From: a virus
Taxonomy: Duplodnaviria > Caudoviricetes
Length of the DNA: 46,247 bases
Reading direction: 5' to 3' (one strand)
Virus record (IMG/VR): IMGVR_UViG_3300020045_005957
Coordinates: 1-46,247 of that record
The position numbers were made by a program, and so were the translations under genes. Below, piece after piece: positions 43,143 to 46,247 of the stretch. The first letter of the stretch is position 1. Each line of letters opens with the position of its first letter. Below the pieces are notes generated by a model. That model saw only the letters and a program-made list of their open reading frames with translations, did no database searches and was not told where the DNA came from.

Positions 43143-43964
43143 TTATCCAGCCATTGTAAACATAGCAGCCTTAGCTGCCTTGTTTGCTGCTGATGTTCCA
43201 CCAGGGTAAGCTGTGTTTGCTGTTGTATTAGTTTGGAAGCCTGGTGCAGTTCCAGAACCTCCTCCTTGAAAGCTGCTGGCTATGTTGGCAACGCCTTGCG
43301 CTGTAGCCATAATATTTCCAAAGGTGGTTGGCTCTTGTATCGCACTCCCTGTCGATATACCTAAGAACTGCAAGGCTTGATTGATGGAGTTCTGCTTCAT
43401 TTCGTTACCCTTAATAAAGGACTCAAAGTCACGGTCTAGACCTGCTTGTTTAATAGTACGAGGAATCTCTTGGATACCAGCACTTGTCTGGAAGTAGTTA
43501 GCTGAGCCAGTTAAGGCATTAAGTGCACGATCTTTTGCAGACTCACGAGCTTCAAAGCGTTTCTGGAGGATCTGGTTTTGCATATCACCATAGCCACGGG
43601 AGATCATATTAGCGCGCCCAGTGTTGCTGTATGGGATCTCTTGACCGATGTCACGCTCATAATTCTGCATAAAGTATGAACGCTGTGGGTCAGCTATCTC
43701 AGAGTTGAATTGCTCATTGAACTTGGGGTCATTGTAGTCTCCTAAGTCAGCGTAGGTTTTACCAGCAACGGCATTTATGCGAGCGTTGTTAGCAATTACA
43801 TCCTGCGTGCCAGGGTCAATAGCTGCATTTCGATTACCCCCATACTGAAACCCTTGGTCGATGTTGTTAAGCAGGGTGTTGCCAAGTGACTTATTTACTT
43901 GGATCTGCTCGGGATTAAGCGTGCCGTATGGATCTTTCTTAAGTTCTGAAAACCAGCTTCCCAT
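43143..43964 (-). CDS. Internal virion/ejection protein (small)
   Basis: 273 aa, MG start, Gln/Asn/Gly-rich, follows the nozzle gene. Confidence 0.6.
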   Translation of the reverse strand: MGSWFSELKKDPYGTLNPEQIQVNKSLGNTLLNNIDQGFQYGGNRNAAIDPGTQDVIANNARINAVAGKTYADLGDYNDPKFNEQFNSEIADPQRSYFMQNYERDIGQEIPYSNTGRANMISRGYGDMQNQILQKRFEARESAKDRALNALTGSANYFQTSAGIQEIPRTIKQAGLDRDFESFIKGNEMKQNSINQALQFLGISTGSAIQEPTTFGNIMATAQGVANIASSFQGGGSGTAPGFQTNTTANTAYPGGTSAANKAAKAAMFTMAG

Positions 43965-43973
43965 GTGTGCTCC

Positions 43974-44228
43974 TTAGGTAGTTGAAACTGAAATTACAAT
44001 CCCTGATGTAACAACAATGTGACCACCAGATGCTATGACAAAAGTACCAGATGTCCCGTTAATCGCTGTTGCAACAGTAAAGGTATTGTTAAACTGCCCT
44101 CGCGCAAAGTCTTGAAGCGCACCACGTAACTTGTTGAAATACTGGTAAAGCTCAGGGTTCTCTGTACGCATAGCTTGTGGAGGCTCTGGTATTACTAGGA
44201 TATCTCCTGTTGGTAGTGTGATGCCCAT
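43974..44228 (-). CDS. Small tail protein
   Basis: 84 aa; C-terminal SGTF....GG.IVV.SGIV fibre-like motif. Confidence 0.6.
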   Translation of the reverse strand: MGITLPTGDILVIPEPPQAMRTENPELYQYFNKLRGALQDFARGQFNNTFTVATAINGTSGTFVIASGGHIVVTSGIVISVSTT

Positions 44229-45853
44229 TATTGGTTAGCTCCTGGAATAAAGTCTACCTTAGCGTACTTGATACCGATGAACTCGTTTTGTCCTGTATTT
44301 ACCACGCGTGCCCTAAAGTATGGATTAGAAACATCTACATCAAAAGGATAGCTTGTAGCACCAGGTACGATGGTAATAGGAGAAGCGCTGAATGGCTGAA
44401 ATGTACTTCCCCTATCAGTTGAGAATAGCACATCTGCGGTACCATTCCCAAAAACATTTAGGGTAAATCGCTGCCAGCGCTGTTCTGTTACTAAGTTCTC
44501 GACGTAGTTAGCCTCTAGTGGGTCTTGCGAATATCCAAACTTGGTGCGATTTCCTACAAGGTCAGGAGTTTCATATATAAAAGTTTGCGCGACATCTGTG
44601 CCTGTTTGGCTTAATGAATAGCGTGCTATATCATGCTTGACGATACGGCCAGAGGGGTCACCAAAGAGTTTAACTTCCGCATCAACACGTACGACAGCTT
44701 CACCAAAAGTCCAGTTTTGCGCACCAATAGGTCCTACAAGTTCGCCGATGGTTAGTCCTGTACGACGAGAAAAGCGTCCTGATGCGGAGTGCTGGCGAAT
44801 CTTGCGTGTCCAGGCGTCGTCTGCAACACGGTAGACCCAACAGACGTTAGGCTCTGTGGCAGTTCCGGTAGGCACATTAATGGAGAGTTCATTCTCGCGT
44901 GGATCAAAGTCTAGGAATGCCGTGTTTATGAATTCACGATTGATCTCAGAGAAGAGAGCTTGCTTAATGGGATTGCCTATAGGGCGTAAGTCGGAGCCTC
45001 CAGCGAAGGCGTAGACATTATCTTGGCTTAGAAAATAGTTGACATCAGAGTAGCTAATTGCAGTACGACGTCCTGGTGTTCCTATTCCTGGAACTACCTT
45101 TTGGAAGCGCCACACCTCGTCTCCACCTACCCAGAATTGATAGTGCACACAATGTTCAAAGTAAAGTGCCGCACCTCCCGATAATGGTACAGCGCATTTA
45201 AGCTCCCCTTCACCGTCTTGAATGTCTATGCTGCCTGCAACGCCGGAAGCGAAGTCAGTAGTTGCTGCTGTGTAAGTCAAGACGCCTTTCTTAGACCAGC
45301 GGACACGTTTGTAGAACTCTGAACCATTCTCAAAGGTGTGGTATAGCAAAAGATGGTCTCGCATGGAAAGGAGGGACCATGCTGAGTACGTTGTAGGACT
45401 TACAGCGGATGCCATATTTGTTCCTGTTGCGGAGAAGGAGGATTTTACTTGCAGGGGAGCGAGGCCATTAGAATATATGTAGGCATCGTTGTGCATGACG
45501 CCTGACCAGAAATCAGCATATGTGCCAGCGAAGGCTTGTCCGTCGCTGACGTAGCCATCTAAGCCTGCGGTGTATTTAAGTACAGATAAGGGGGTGTGCA
45601 CCTGCAAGAGGCTTGAGTTTGGAAATTGCGCCTCAAATAAGAATGTGGGAGCACCTCCTGTTATGACAGCAGCAGAACCTGTAGCAAAAAGAGAGGTGCC
45701 ATACTCTTTCTGATTGACACCATAGTAACACTTGTTGTTTTGCACATTACCAAAAGGCATGGCACGGGCGTCTATCAGGTCTGTGGGAGCATCTGATTTT
45801 ATGCCGAGTGTTGGATTAAAGATATCTAGTGAACGATGTCGTTTAGCCATCAT
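44228..45853 (-). CDS. Tail nozzle/stabilisation protein (P22 gp10/tail tubular B-like beta-propeller)
   Basis: 541 aa; RVRWS, YFLS...VY.F.G, WVY....WT, STDRG motifs; position before the ejection genes. Confidence 0.7.
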   Translation of the reverse strand: MMAKRHRSLDIFNPTLGIKSDAPTDLIDARAMPFGNVQNNKCYYGVNQKEYGTSLFATGSAAVITGGAPTFLFEAQFPNSSLLQVHTPLSVLKYTAGLDGYVSDGQAFAGTYADFWSGVMHNDAYIYSNGLAPLQVKSSFSATGTNMASAVSPTTYSAWSLLSMRDHLLLYHTFENGSEFYKRVRWSKKGVLTYTAATTDFASGVAGSIDIQDGEGELKCAVPLSGGAALYFEHCVHYQFWVGGDEVWRFQKVVPGIGTPGRRTAISYSDVNYFLSQDNVYAFAGGSDLRPIGNPIKQALFSEINREFINTAFLDFDPRENELSINVPTGTATEPNVCWVYRVADDAWTRKIRQHSASGRFSRRTGLTIGELVGPIGAQNWTFGEAVVRVDAEVKLFGDPSGRIVKHDIARYSLSQTGTDVAQTFIYETPDLVGNRTKFGYSQDPLEANYVENLVTEQRWQRFTLNVFGNGTADVLFSTDRGSTFQPFSASPITIVPGATSYPFDVDVSNPYFRARVVNTGQNEFIGIKYAKVDFIPGANQ

Positions 45854-46126
45854 GTCCCCGTTGGTGTAAAGTTTATCGCAGCTCCTGCCCCACTAGCAAC
45901 AGCTACAGAGTAGTAATAATTCTTTTGCACTGGGAATGTAAAACCAAGACTTACACCTGCAGCGCCTGCTACAAAGACGCCGTAATGCTGATGTACAATT
46001 GTGCTGGGTGTAGCAGATGCATCGCATTTACAGACGACACTGGTGTTGGCGGAGGTGAGGGCTGTATAACCACACACTATCCCGTCGCTGGTAGCTTGAT
46101 ATGTAGTTGCAAAGCTTTTAGATACT
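45850..46126 (-). CDS. 3' part of the origin-spanning 256-aa virion protein
   Basis: In frame with 494->1; ...YQATSDGIVCGY...FTFPVQKNYYY C-terminal tip domain. Confidence 0.85.
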
Positions 46127-46247
46127 TGTGCTCCGTATGCGGGAGCTGAAGACCAAACAACACCAGTACCTCCAGTAGATGCTGTAAGGATCTGGCCGCT
46201 TGAGCCGATAGCTAAAGCACGGACTGTGTTGCTTGCACTTCCTATAA
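46127..46247. repeat. 121-bp terminal direct repeat (copy 2)
   Basis: Identical to 1-121. Confidence 0.97.

Noticed and set aside
46127-46247. 121-bp repeat as a biological terminal repeat (T7-like DTR)
   Set aside because: It falls mid-gene and has a k-mer-like length; better explained as assembler overlap
1-46247. Stop-codon reassignment, DGR, integrase or introns
   Set aside because: Core genes are full length in code 11 with all three stops used; no reverse transcriptase, tyrosine/serine integrase or interrupted core gene seen

Overview
The window is almost certainly one complete, circularly assembled tailed-phage genome of 46,126 bp. Bases 1-121 are repeated exactly at 46127-46247, and a 256-aa gene reads in frame across the join. 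The minus strand (17471 to 1, then 46126 to 38600) carries the morphogenesis arm: TerS, TerL, a T4-type lysozyme, endonuclease VII, portal, scaffold, major capsid, a capsid decoration protein, a GT-A glycosyltransferase, adaptor, many Thr/Ser/Gly-rich tail or appendage proteins, a nozzle-like protein, three ejection-protein-like ORFs and a degenerate PurD-like ATP-grasp protein. There is no tape measure, so the virion is podovirus-like. The plus strand (17907-38603) carries early genes, a MoxR-vWA pair, ParB, a Lar-like gene and a replication/recombination module (AAA_25 helicase-wHTH, Cas4/RecB-like nuclease, GroES, Sak4-like ATPase, DUF669 SSB, UDG-PolA fusion). I see no primase and no integrase. 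The best candidate for an undescribed system is a biosynthetic cluster of three radical-SAM/SPASM enzymes, a minimal split ThDP enzyme (E1alpha/E1beta-like), a DUF6165/DUF4254-like protein and a membrane protein. It may supply an unusual (branched?) sugar to the head-module glycosyltransferase, and the virion proteins are pervasively T-G/S-G rich; DNA modification is the alternative. The non-coding layer is rich: a type I hammerhead ribozyme, an array of three tRNA-like structured RNAs, a further pseudoknot-capable RNA, an anti-SD-loop hairpin matching the GGGGG RBS of early genes, a promoter-like motif seen three times with -35/-10 hexamers only 7 bp apart, TGAGAAT heptad arrays and a phased DnaA-box cluster. 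All family calls come from motif recognition by eye; no searches were run.
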